Assembly (NCBI GenBank): GCA_018262775.1 | Contig: JADFDU010000033.1 | Span: 1-32,000, forward strand | Direction of reading: 5' to 3' | DNA: 32,000 bases | Source: Rhodocyclaceae bacterium | GTDB taxonomy: Bacteria > Pseudomonadota > Gammaproteobacteria > Burkholderiales > Rhodocyclaceae | Shown here: positions 9,910-19,921 of the stretch, one piece after another | Numbering within the stretch: position 1 is the first letter of the stretch | Layout: each line of letters starts with the position of its first letter | The notes under the pieces: generated by a model | What the model was told of the DNA's origin: nothing | What the model saw: only the letters and a program-made list of their open reading frames with translations | Database searches by the model: none | Made by a program: the position numbers and the translations under genes

Positions 9910-10022
9910 CCTCTTTCAACACAGAGAGCACAGAGGCACAGAGAACACAGAGAGAGAAACGGTTTTATTCAATGTTCTTCTCTGTGCCCTCTGTGTCCCC
10001 GTGTCCTCTGTGTTGAAAGAGG
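9910..10022. repeat. CACAGAG-repeat palindromic element, cargo-less copy (113 bp)
   Basis: cctctttcaaCACAGAGaGCACAGAGGCACAGAGAACACAGAG...loop...CTCTGTGcCCTCTGTGtCCCcGTGTCCTCTGTGttgaaagagg. Begins 8 nt after the trpG stop and ends 25 nt before the trpD ATG. Confidence 0.88.
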
Positions 10023-10047
10023 TTGCTTTTATTAGGGAGTCAAAATC

Positions 10048-11073
10048 ATGATCACCCCACAGGAAGCCCTGCAGCGCACCATCGAACACCGCGAGATCTT
10101 TCATGACGAGATGCTGCATCTCATGCGCCAGATCATGGGCGGCGAGATCACGCCGCTGATGGTCGCCGCCATCCTCACCGGTCTGCGCGTGAAGAAGGAA
10201 ACCATCGGCGAGATTTCTGCTGCCGCCAAAGTGATGCGCGACCTGTGCACTCGCGTCGACACGCCCCACAACCCCCACTTCGTCGATGTCGTCGGCACCG
10301 GCGGCGATGCGTCCCACACCTTCAACATCTCCACCGCCTCGGCTTTCGTCGCCGCCGCAGCGGGCGCCACCGTCGCCAAGCACGGCAACCGCGGCGTCTC
10401 GTCGAAGTCCGGCTCAGCCGACGTGCTGGAGGCGCTCGGCGCGAAGATCGACCTGGCCGCGCCGCAGGTAGCCGAGTGCATCCAGGCCACCGGCATCGGC
10501 TTCATGTTCGCCCCCAACCATCACCCGGCCATGAAGAACGTCGCCCCGGTACGACGCGAAATGGGCGTGCGCACCATCTTCAACATCCTCGGCCCGCTGA
10601 CCAATCCGGCCGGCGCACCGAACACCCTGATGGGCGTGTTTCATCCCGACCTCGTCGGCATCCAGGTGCGCGTCATGCGCGAACTGGGCGCCGACCACGT
10701 CCTGGTGGTGTGGGGCAAGGACGGCATGGACGAGATTTCGCTTGGCGCGGCGACTCTGGTCGGCGAACTCAAGGACGGCAAGATCACCGAGTACGAAATC
10801 CACCCCGAGGACTATGGCCTGCAGATGGTCTCCAACCGTGGCCTGCGCGTCGCCGACGCCACCGAGTCGAAGGAAATGGTGCTGGAGGCGCTCGCCAACA
10901 CGCCCGGCACGCCGCGCGAGATCGTCACCCTGAACGCCGGCGCGGCGCTCTATGCGGCGAACGTCGCCGATTCGGTCGCCGACGGCATCGTTCGCGCGCG
11001 AGAGGCCATCGCCAGCGGCGCGGCGCGCGCCAAGCTCGACGCGTTCGTCAATTACACGCGGCGGTTTACTTGA
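10048..11073 (+). CDS. trpD: Anthranilate phosphoribosyltransferase
   Basis: 341 aa. [17 protein letters not shown] and [21 protein letters not shown] signatures. Confidence 0.95.
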   Translation: MITPQEALQRTIEHREIFHDEMLHLMRQIMGGEITPLMVAAILTGLRVKKETIGEISAAAKVMRDLCTRVDTPHNPHFVDVVGTGGDASHTFNISTASAFVAAAAGATVAKHGNRGVSSKSGSADVLEALGAKIDLAAPQVAECIQATGIGFMFAPNHHPAMKNVAPVRREMGVRTIFNILGPLTNPAGAPNTLMGVFHPDLVGIQVRVMRELGADHVLVVWGKDGMDEISLGAATLVGELKDGKITEYEIHPEDYGLQMVSNRGLRVADATESKEMVLEALANTPGTPREIVTLNAGAALYAANVADSVADGIVRAREAIASGAARAKLDAFVNYTRRFT

Positions 11074-11077
11074 GAAA

Positions 11078-11180
11078 CTCTTTCAACACGGAGGGCACAG
11101 AGGCACAGAGGACACAGAGAAGAACTTTCTCTGGATGTTCTCTGTGCTCTCTGTGCCTCTGTGTTCTCTGTGTCAAAAGC
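11078..11180. repeat. CACAGAG-repeat palindromic element, second cargo-less copy (~103 bp)
   Basis: ctctttcaaCACgGAGGGCACAGAGGCACAGAGGACACAGAG...loop...CTCTGTGctCTCTGTGCCTCTGTGttCTCTGTGtcaaaagc. Begins 5 nt after the trpD stop and ends 14 nt before the trpC ATG. Confidence 0.88.
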
Positions 11181-11194
11181 GGTTAAGGCTCCCT

Positions 11195-12112
11195 ATGTCC
11201 GACATCCTGCAGAAAATTCTCGCGGTAAAGCACGAGGAAATCGCCGCCGCGCAGGCAAAAAAGCCGCTCGCCGCCCTGCGCGCCGAGGCCGATGCGCAGT
11301 CGCTGCCGCGCGACTTCGTCGGCGCGATTCGTAAAAAAATCGGCACGAAAGTCAGCCTCGGCAACACGGCGAAATGCGCGGCGGTCATTGCCGAGATCAA
11401 GAAGGCCAGCCCCTCCAAGGGCGTCATCCGCGCCGATTTCCGCCCCGGCGAGATCGCCGCGTCCTATGCGGCCCATGGTGCTACCTGCCTGTCGGTGCTG
11501 ACAGACCGGCAGTTCTTCCAGGGCGCGCCGGAATACCTCGTCGAAGCACGCGCAGCCTGCGCGTTGCCGGTGCTGCGCAAGGATTTCATCATCGACGCCT
11601 ACCAGGTGGTCGAGGCGCGTGCGATGGGGGCTGACTGTATCCTGCTTATCGTCGCGGCCTTCCTCCCCCCTCACCCCAACCCTCTCCCCCGCGGGGGAGA
11701 GGGAGCAACAATCACCCCCTCTCCCCTCGGGGAGAGGGCAGGGGTGAGGGGGGCAGTCGCTCAAATGCGCGAACTCGAAACCCTCGCCCACGAATTCGGC
11801 ATGGCCGTACTGGTCGAGGCGCACGACGACGCCGAACTCGACCTCGCCCTAGCGCTCAAAACCCCGCTCATCGGCATCAACAACCGCAACCTGCGCACCT
11901 TTGCAGTCTCGCTACAGACGACCCTCGATCTGCTGGCACGCATCTCTGCCGATCGCATCGTCGTCACCGAGTCGGGCATCCTGGCGCCTGCCGACGTCAC
12001 CCTCATGCGCGGCCATGGCGTGAATGTCTTCCTCGTCGGCGAGGCCTTCATGCGTGCGCCCGACCCGGGTGCGGAACTGGCTCGGCTGTTCGAACAGGGG
12101 GATTCGTCATGA
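11195..12112 (+). CDS. trpC: Indole-3-glycerol phosphate synthase (carries an in-frame repeat insertion)
   Basis: ATG 11195 ([16 protein letters not shown]). [18 protein letters not shown] and [10 protein letters not shown] motifs. At 305 aa it is about 35-40 aa longer than typical TrpC. Confidence 0.92.
   Translation: MSDILQKILAVKHEEIAAAQAKKPLAALRAEADAQSLPRDFVGAIRKKIGTKVSLGNTAKCAAVIAEIKKASPSKGVIRADFRPGEIAASYAAHGATCLSVLTDRQFFQGAPEYLVEARAACALPVLRKDFIIDAYQVVEARAMGADCILLIVAAFLPPHPNPLPRGGEGATITPSPLGERAGVRGAVAQMRELETLAHEFGMAVLVEAHDDAELDLALALKTPLIGINNRNLRTFAVSLQTTLDLLARISADRIVVTESGILAPADVTLMRGHGVNVFLVGEAFMRAPDPGAELARLFEQGDSS
11665..11753. repeat. G/C-rich nested palindromic (REP-like) element embedded in the trpC reading frame
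   Basis: Outer inverted repeat cccccctcacccc (11665-11677) / ggggtgagggggg (11741-11753). Two inner hairpins: ccctctcccc-cgcg-ggggagaggg and ccctctcccc-tc-ggggagaggg. Translates in frame as [29 protein letters not shown]. Confidence 0.8.
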
Positions 12113-12245
12113 CAGAGACCATCCCATTGAGTAGCGTGAGTCGCAGCGCACGGCCTGATTGATGGGTAGCTGATGGGTAGCAATTACGCAGTTGAACTCA
12201 TGCGGGCGTGGTGCCAGCTACCGCGTGGCTTGTCCTCGGTTTCAG

Positions 12246-12572
12246 CTACGCCAATCCCATCCAGACAGCCAAAGCGCGGCTCACGCGCAGGACCGTCTCG
12301 TCCTCAAGGCGTCCGAAAGCCTGGCCCAGTTTGTCGCGCCTGACGGATACGATCTTGTCTACCATCACTTGCGATACCTCGCGCAAGCCGTTTGCGGCGG
12401 AAGGTTCGACGGTAATGCGGAACAGCGGGGCGCTGCGGATTTCTCCAGTCAGCGGCGCCAGCGTCACGCTCGGGTGCGTTTCGTTGAAGAGATCGGATTG
12501 AATCACCAGCGCCGGCCGTGGCTTGCCAAGGTCGCCCTGCAGTGCGACCGCCACCAAGTCGCCGCGCCTCAT
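12246..12572 (-). CDS. mazF: Type II toxin, PemK/MazF family endoribonuclease
   Basis: ATG at 12572 (MRRGDLVAVALQGDLGKPRPALVIQSD...), 108 aa. RGD(L/I)...KxRPxxV(I) N-terminus typical of MazF/PemK. Start overlaps the upstream antitoxin stop by 4 nt. Confidence 0.85.
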   Translation of the reverse strand: MRRGDLVAVALQGDLGKPRPALVIQSDLFNETHPSVTLAPLTGEIRSAPLFRITVEPSAANGLREVSQVMVDKIVSVRRDKLGQAFGRLEDETVLRVSRALAVWMGLA

Positions 12573-12793
12573 TTCCAATCCTCGATATCCCTGAGGGTGG
12601 CATCCAGTTCGTCGAGGATGGTCTGTTCGGCCGCGTCGTTCGCCACCAGGAGGGATTGACGCCGGCATTCCTCGGCAAATTTCGGTGAGCGGGTATCCGG
12701 TACCCAAATCTGGATCGGCCTGAATCCCTGAGCGCGCATTTTGTCGCGGTAACGGCTGACGCTTTCCCGCGCGGGCTGAGACGAATTTCGCAT
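12569..12793 (-). CDS. mazE: MazE-family antitoxin (DUF3018-like)
   Basis: 74 aa. YRDKMRAQGFRPIQIWVPDTRSPKFAEECRRQSLLVA resembles the MazE-like/DUF3018 pattern. 4-nt overlap with the toxin gene. Confidence 0.72.
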   Translation of the reverse strand: MRNSSQPARESVSRYRDKMRAQGFRPIQIWVPDTRSPKFAEECRRQSLLVANDAAEQTILDELDATLRDIEDWK

Positions 12794-12908
12794 GGCATTT
12801 CCTTTGGTTATTCAGTTCATGCCATATTACATGAAATAAGGCATGAAGGAATCCTGCCGCATCTGGAAACCGTGGTCTGAGCTAGCCCGGTTTGATGGAA
12901 TATCCTTC

Positions 12909-13190
12909 TCAGCCGAAAAGCTCGCTATGAGAGCCAAGACGGGCCAGCCGCAGGGTGTCGCTGTCCGATTTGCGGTAGATCAGCAGTAAATCGGGCTTGA
13001 CGTGGCACTCACGGTAGCCAGCCCAATCGCCGCTCAAATCATGGTCGCGGTGTTTTGGTTCCAACGGCTGGCCGTTCGCCAGAGCCGCCAAGACCGGGAC
13101 CAGGTCAGCATCGAGTGTTGTCCGGTGCTGACCTTTCGCCTCGCGCTTGTAATCTCGCTTGAATGCCGTTGAGCGGTCAATCGTCCGCAT
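12909..13190 (-). CDS. yafQ: Type II toxin, YafQ/RelE family mRNA interferase
   Basis: 93 aa. DHDLSGDWAGYRECHVKPDLLLIYRK...RLGSHSELFG parallels E. coli YafQ DHPLQGSWKGYRDAHVEPDWILIYK...RTGTHAALFG. Confidence 0.87.
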   Translation of the reverse strand: MRTIDRSTAFKRDYKREAKGQHRTTLDADLVPVLAALANGQPLEPKHRDHDLSGDWAGYRECHVKPDLLLIYRKSDSDTLRLARLGSHSELFG

Positions 13191-13443
13191 GCAAGTCAGC
13201 CATTAGTGCCTCAATGCCGGCAAAGCGCTTGCCCTTTCCGGCTTCAAGCTCAGCAATGGCCTTGCGGGTGGTCGCGTTCGGTACCTTGACCTCGAATGGC
13301 AAGCGGCGCTCGTCTGCTACGCGCAGCATCAGCAAGCGGATGGCGTCAGAAATGGACAAGCCCATCGCCTCCAGCGCATCGGCAGCGCGTTCCTTGGTGG
13401 CGGTATCAATGCGGGCGCGAACGTAGGTGTCGGCGGTGCTCAT
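13177..13443 (-). CDS. dinJ: RelB/DinJ family antitoxin
   Basis: ATG at 13443 (MSTADTYVRARIDTATKERAADALEAMGLSISDAIRLLM) parallels DinJ FVRARIDEDLKNQAADVLAGMGLTISDLVR. 14-nt overlap with yafQ. Confidence 0.87.
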   Translation of the reverse strand: MSTADTYVRARIDTATKERAADALEAMGLSISDAIRLLMLRVADERRLPFEVKVPNATTRKAIAELEAGKGKRFAGIEALMADLHADD

Positions 13444-13477
13444 GATGAGTTTCTCCCTAGGGGGTTCTTGAATTTCA

Positions 13478-13506
13478 ATTGTAGTCACAACGAGACCACG
13501 GCGCAA
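13478..13506 (-). promoter_or_regulatory. Candidate sigma70 promoter/operator of dinJ-yafQ
   Basis: On the minus strand: TTGCGC (13506-13501), 17 nt, TACAAT (13483-13478). The spacer/-10 contains the palindrome TTGTgactACAA, a plausible autoregulatory operator. Confidence 0.35.
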
Positions 13507-13816
13507 GCCCTGCCATTACTCAAAGTTCTGCTACTGTGACCTTGTGGGTTCAAGCGGGAATGGCAATTTAGAGTGAAGTGCCCTTCAGGCCATGAACCCC
13601 GAGATTTCCGGGTTGTTGCAAAAAACCAACAGAACCAGCCCCGCCGCCTCTGAAAAACGCCCTTTCCCTTGCCCCACGGAAGTCCGCGCGGGCAGAATGC
13701 ATCAACTTCTCAGATTCAAGGGAAGCATGGCAGGCGGGAAGGGTTGGCGCAGTACGGATGTGCACATGGCGCCAGCACAAACCACCAAACTCTCAAATAA
13801 AGAGGAGATTCACCAA

Positions 13817-14905
13817 ATGCAAAAGAAACTCATCGCTGCAGCAGTCGCCGGCCTGATCGCCGCGCCGGTCATGGCGCAGACCAACGTCACGATTTCCGGC
13901 CGTGCAGTGGCTGGTTACGAAAACTACAAACTGAGCGGCCCCGGCACCGGCTACGACACGTATTCGGCGCTGACCGACCAGTCCTCGCGCATCATTTTCA
14001 ATGTCAATGAAGATCTTGGCGGTGGCCTGAAAGCCTGGGCGCAGATGGACATGCGCTATGGCAACGACACGGGCGCCATCGGCATGACCGGCAACACCGG
14101 CCTGGGCCTGATGGGCGGCTGGGGCAAATTCACCATGGGCCGTTGGGATGTTCACTACAACGAAGCCGTGGGCGGCACCAACGCAGCTCAGCGCGCGGGT
14201 TCCCTGACGAGCATCGTCGGCTTCGGCTTGATGGATCAAGTTAATGGCACGGTGGTCGCCAATGGTACGCGTACCACCAACCTGTTCATGTGGGACAGCC
14301 CGAACTGGAACGGCTTCACTGCCCGTCTCGGTTATTCGACCGCCCCGTTCGGCGCCGAAGGCGTCACCAACCGCGCCCCCGGCGACCCCGGCGACGGCAG
14401 TGCCTGGACCGGTGCCGTGCGTTATGGCAACGGCCCGTGGAAGGCCGGCCTGAGCTACTGGAATGCTGATGCCGAAGGTGCCGCACTCGGTGCTGGCGAC
14501 CAGCGCAGCACCAAGCTCTGGGGCAGCTATATGTTTGGCATGGGCCTGAGCGTTGGCCTGAGCTATGACCGTAGCAGCGTTGATTTCGGTGCCGCAACTT
14601 CGCGCCGTACTGCTTGGAGCATTCCGATCAACTATGCCTTCGGCGCGCACAAGGTGTATTTCGAATATGCCAAGGCGAACGATGCCAGCAACACGGCCGG
14701 CAACAGCAGTGGCAACGAGTGGTCGATTGGTTACGACTACGCGCTCTCCAAGCGCACCTCGGCCGGTGTCTACTACACCAAGGTCAACAACAGCAACGCT
14801 GGCATGTATGACATGTTCGCCCGTGCTGCTCAGGGCGGCGCCCTGCTGACGGCACCTGGCGAAGATGCCCGCCAGATCTACTTCGGCATGGCGCACAACT
14901 TCTAA
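13817..14905 (+). CDS. Outer-membrane general porin (Gram-negative porin family)
   Basis: ATG 13817 preceded by AGGAGA (13802-13807). Signal peptide MQKKLIAAAVAGLIAAPVMA/QT, alternating beta-strand pattern, C-terminal ...YFGMAHNF ending in Phe. Confidence 0.85.
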   Translation: MQKKLIAAAVAGLIAAPVMAQTNVTISGRAVAGYENYKLSGPGTGYDTYSALTDQSSRIIFNVNEDLGGGLKAWAQMDMRYGNDTGAIGMTGNTGLGLMGGWGKFTMGRWDVHYNEAVGGTNAAQRAGSLTSIVGFGLMDQVNGTVVANGTRTTNLFMWDSPNWNGFTARLGYSTAPFGAEGVTNRAPGDPGDGSAWTGAVRYGNGPWKAGLSYWNADAEGAALGAGDQRSTKLWGSYMFGMGLSVGLSYDRSSVDFGAATSRRTAWSIPINYAFGAHKVYFEYAKANDASNTAGNSSGNEWSIGYDYALSKRTSAGVYYTKVNNSNAGMYDMFARAAQGGALLTAPGEDARQIYFGMAHNF

Positions 14906-14936
14906 TCGACTCTCCGAGTCAGTTAGCAGTATCGAA

Positions 14937-14964
14937 CGGCCGCCTTCGGGCGGCCGTTTTTTTT
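14937..14964 (+). terminator. Rho-independent terminator of the porin gene
   Basis: cggccgcc-ttcg-ggcggccg followed by TTTTTTTT (14957-14964). Confidence 0.85.
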
Positions 14965-15058
14965 GTCTCCGATTTTCCGCCTTGCCATGCAGCACCCATG
15001 TGCTAAGTTGAAGATAGTGCCGGTGTTCTCTGGCGCGGACTGACAAGGAGGAGGCGTG

Positions 15059-15181
15059 ATGCGAGATATTTCCAGAGGGCTTGCCGCAACTTTGCTGGTA
15101 CTGGCGGTCTTGCTAGGCGGCTGCGCTGCCGTGGGTGGATACAACGGTGGTTCCGGCAATTCCGCCGTCAGTGGTGAATAA
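15059..15181 (+). CDS. Putative 40-aa lipoprotein (not in the ORF track)
   Basis: AGGAGG at 15046-15051, ATG 15059. MRDISRGLAATLLVLAVLLGGCAAVGGYNGGSGNSAVSGE has a lipobox LLGG/C. The mature peptide would be a 19-aa Gly/Ser-rich tail. TAA 15179-15181. Confidence 0.4.
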   Translation: MRDISRGLAATLLVLAVLLGGCAAVGGYNGGSGNSAVSGE

Positions 15182-15428
15182 GGGGGTAGGGGAAAAGGGG
15201 CTGTATTCGGATTGATTTCACGATACCCCTCGGCACTCTTCCCCGCCGTCGCTAAAGTCAGTCCCCGCAGCACGGCGAAACAGAATTTCACCGGGTCGCC
15301 GCAGTGCTCTAGTGTCTGTGCAGCGATGAGTCGAACGGCCTCTGCCGCGGGAGCGGATGGGTCGCGCTCTTCGCGTTATCGTCGATATTCTCGACGACTT
15401 CATCTTTCGAATAAGCGCGATTGTGGTT

Positions 15429-17684
<2,256 letters not shown>

Positions 17685-17698
17685 GTGTTGTATAAATG

Positions 17699-17725
17699 AA
17701 AAAAGCCCTGCCGCGACGGCAGGGC
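17699..17725 (-). terminator. Rho-independent terminator/attenuator downstream of rpmA
   Basis: Minus strand: gccctgcc-gtcgc-ggcagggc followed by TTTTTT (complement of A 17699-17704). Lies 24 nt after the rpmA stop. Confidence 0.7.
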
Positions 17726-17748
17726 TTTTGTCGCGGTGACCGGGTTGC

Positions 17749-18009
17749 TCAGGCGGCCGGGACGATGTTCACCGTCTTGCGCTTCTCGGCGCCCTTGACG
17801 GCGAATTCGACCGTGCCGGTGACCTTGGCGAACAGCGTGTGGTCGCGGCCCATGCCGACGTTGTCGCCGGCGTGGAACTGGGTGCCGCGCTGGCGCACGA
17901 TGATGCTGCCGGCGTTGATCAACTGACCGCCATAGCGCTTCACGCCGAGGCGCTTGGATTGTGAGTCGCGGCCGTTGCGCGAACTGCCGCCTGCTTTTTT
18001 GTGTGCCAT
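17749..18009 (-). CDS. rpmA: 50S ribosomal protein L27
   Basis: [29 protein letters not shown]... is the canonical L27 N-terminus. Confidence 0.97.
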   Translation of the reverse strand: MAHKKAGGSSRNGRDSQSKRLGVKRYGGQLINAGSIIVRQRGTQFHAGDNVGMGRDHTLFAKVTGTVEFAVKGAEKRKTVNIVPAA

Positions 18010-18021
18010 GTGTCTGCTCCT

Positions 18022-18333
18022 TTAGGCCGCGATGTCGGAGATCTGGATCTCCGTGTAGTTCTGGCGGTGGCCCTGGTGCTTCTGGTAATGCTTGCGCCGA
18101 CGCATCTTGAAGATTTTCACTTTCGGATGCCGACCCTGGGCGAGGACCGTTGCCTTGACAGAAGCGCCTTGCACCAGCGGCGCGCCGACCTTCACCGACT
18201 CGCCATCGCCGACCATGAGAACCTGGTCGAGGGTGATTTCAGCGCCCACTTCTGCCGGTATCTGTTCTATTTTCAGTTTTTCGCCGGCTGCGACGCGATA
18301 TTGCTTGCCGCCGGTTTTTATGACCGCATACAT
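18022..18333 (-). CDS. rplU: 50S ribosomal protein L21
   Basis: [23 protein letters not shown]... is the canonical L21 sequence, immediately upstream of rpmA. Confidence 0.97.
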   Translation of the reverse strand: MYAVIKTGGKQYRVAAGEKLKIEQIPAEVGAEITLDQVLMVGDGESVKVGAPLVQGASVKATVLAQGRHPKVKIFKMRRRKHYQKHQGHRQNYTEIQISDIAA

Positions 18334-18480
18334 GATGGACTACTCCGTAGTTTGAATTCGTCTTGCAACAGAACCGCGCATTATACTTAAGCGATTGATT
18401 CCAGTCAAAGCCCCCCGGACGGGCTAAAATCCGCTTCCTACCATGCCGCATTTGCCGGAAATCACGTCGGAAGCCGCACC

Positions 18481-19449
18481 TTGAGCCTCGAAGCCCTATA
18501 CGCGCCGATCGCTGCGGACATGCAGGCGGTGGATGGCGTCATCCGCGAGCGGCTGCATTCCGAAGTGGTGCTGATCCGCCAGGTCGCCGAATACATCATC
18601 GGCGCCGGCGGCAAGCGGCTGCGCCCGGCCCTGGTGCTGTTCTCGGCGGGTGCGCTCGGCTACCGTGGTAGCCATCACCGGGAACTGGCAGCGGTGGTGG
18701 AGTTCATTCATACCGCCACATTGCTGCACGACGACGTGGTGGACGAGTCCGACCTGCGCCGTGGCAACCGCACCGCCAATGCCCTCTTCGGCAACGCAGC
18801 CTCGGTGCTGGTAGGCGACTTTCTTTATTCACGCGCCTTCCAGATGATGGTCTCGGTGGGCAGCATGCGCATCCAGCAGGTGCTCGCCGATGCCACCAAC
18901 ACCATCGCCGAGGGCGAAGTGCTGCAGCTCCTCAACTGCCATAACGCGGACATCGACGTCTCGCAGTACCTGCAGGTGATCCGCTACAAGACGGCCAAGC
19001 TGTTCGAGGCGGCTGCGCGGCTGGGCGCCATTCTCTCCGGTGCATCGGCGGAAATCGAAGAGGGCATGGCGCGCTACGGCATGCATCTGGGCACGGCTTT
19101 CCAGTTGGTCGACGATGTGCTTGATTATTCCGGCGACGAGGCGGCCACAGGCAAACACCTGGGCGACGATCTGGCCGAGGGCAAGCCGACGCTGCCGCTC
19201 ATTCATGCCATGAGGCAGGGCAACGCTGCGCAATCTGCCTGCGTGCGCCACGCCATCGAAGAGGGCGGACGCGAGGCGTTGCCGGGGGTGCTCGCGGCGA
19301 TTCGCGCTACCGGTGCGCTGGATGAAACACGCCGCCATGCGGAGGCTGAGGCGCGGCTTGCGCTGGAAGCCGTGGCGATGCTGCCAGCGTCGACATACAG
19401 GGATTCTCTGGTACAATTGGCGCCGTTTGCAGTCGCACGTGACTTCTGA
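18481..19449 (+). CDS. ispB: Octaprenyl-diphosphate synthase
   Basis: TTG start (start uncertain). GGKRLRP, first DDxxD LLHDDVVDESD, second QLVDDVLD. Divergent from rplU as in E. coli. Confidence 0.9.
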   Translation: MSLEALYAPIAADMQAVDGVIRERLHSEVVLIRQVAEYIIGAGGKRLRPALVLFSAGALGYRGSHHRELAAVVEFIHTATLLHDDVVDESDLRRGNRTANALFGNAASVLVGDFLYSRAFQMMVSVGSMRIQQVLADATNTIAEGEVLQLLNCHNADIDVSQYLQVIRYKTAKLFEAAARLGAILSGASAEIEEGMARYGMHLGTAFQLVDDVLDYSGDEAATGKHLGDDLAEGKPTLPLIHAMRQGNAAQSACVRHAIEEGGREALPGVLAAIRATGALDETRRHAEAEARLALEAVAMLPASTYRDSLVQLAPFAVARDF

Positions 19450-19573
19450 CCGGAAGGCGCGCTCGCGGCTGTATTCGTTTTAGTTCCGGCGTAACGCCTG
19501 CTGGCGCGGGCATTAGCCTTCACTGAAACTTCGTTTTGGCGGGCGCCAGTTGATTGCGCCCAGCTGAAGTCGT

Positions 19574-19650
19574 CGGGGTGTAGCTCAGCCTGGTAGAGTA
19601 CTGCGTTCGGGACGCAGGAGTCGGAGGTTCAAATCCTCTCACCCCGACCA
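19574..19650 (+). tRNA. tRNA-Pro (anticodon CGG)
   Basis: Cloverleaf folded by hand. Acceptor cggggtg/caccccg, D stem gctc/gagt, anticodon stem ctgcg/cgcag with loop ttCGGga, T arm ggagg-ttcaaat-cctct, encoded CCA. Closely resembles E. coli proK. Confidence 0.95.
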
Positions 19651-19693
19651 ATCCTAACAACGCCCGCGGCTGTGGGCGGCGACGGAGCCAGGC

Positions 19694-19921
19694 ATGTCCA
19701 AACTGATCCTGCTGCTCGTTCTCGGGTTCCTCGCCTATCTTGTATTCAAGGGATTTCAGCGTGCGGCCGTGCGTCGCGAGCGCAATGCGGACGGCCCGCT
19801 GTCATCCGAACGCATGGTGGCCTGCGCACGCTGCGGCGTGCATCTTCCCGAGAGCGAGGCGGTCGAGGACGACGGCCGTCGCTTCTGCAGCGAAGAGCAC
19901 CGCCGCCTCGGCGCCGCATGA
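19694..19921 (+). CDS. Small membrane-anchored zinc-ribbon protein (resembles 'PP0621 family')
   Basis: GGAG 19684-19687, ATG 19694. N-terminal TM helix LILLLVLGFLAYLVF, then CARCGVHLPESEA...GRRFCSEEH (CxxC...CxxxH). Stop overlaps the pilS ATG (ATGA). Confidence 0.6.
   Translation: MSKLILLLVLGFLAYLVFKGFQRAAVRRERNADGPLSSERMVACARCGVHLPESEAVEDDGRRFCSEEHRRLGAA

Noticed and set aside
8868-11175. Possibility that the CACAGAG repeats form a CRISPR array.
   Set aside because: The units are 8-9 bp and contiguous, with no spacers, and are arranged as inverted arms. There are no 25-40-bp direct repeats separated by unique spacers and no cas genes.
10245-11186. 313-aa Arg/Gly/His-rich ORF in an alternative frame of trpD, and 11183..11824(-) antisense to trpC.
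   Set aside because: These are frame-shifted shadows of confidently identified genes and have no motifs.
12192-12659. 155-aa plus-strand ORF, and 12304..12798(-), overlapping mazEF.
   Set aside because: They are antisense or out of frame relative to the recognisable MazF and MazE sequences, with no motifs.
19672-19917. Upstream extension of the pilS ORF (MGGDGARHVQ...RRAPPPRRR).
   Set aside because: It is Arg-rich and out of frame with the well-formed small gene at 19694-19921, which it overlaps. ATG 19918 gives ATGA coupling and a sensible N-terminus.
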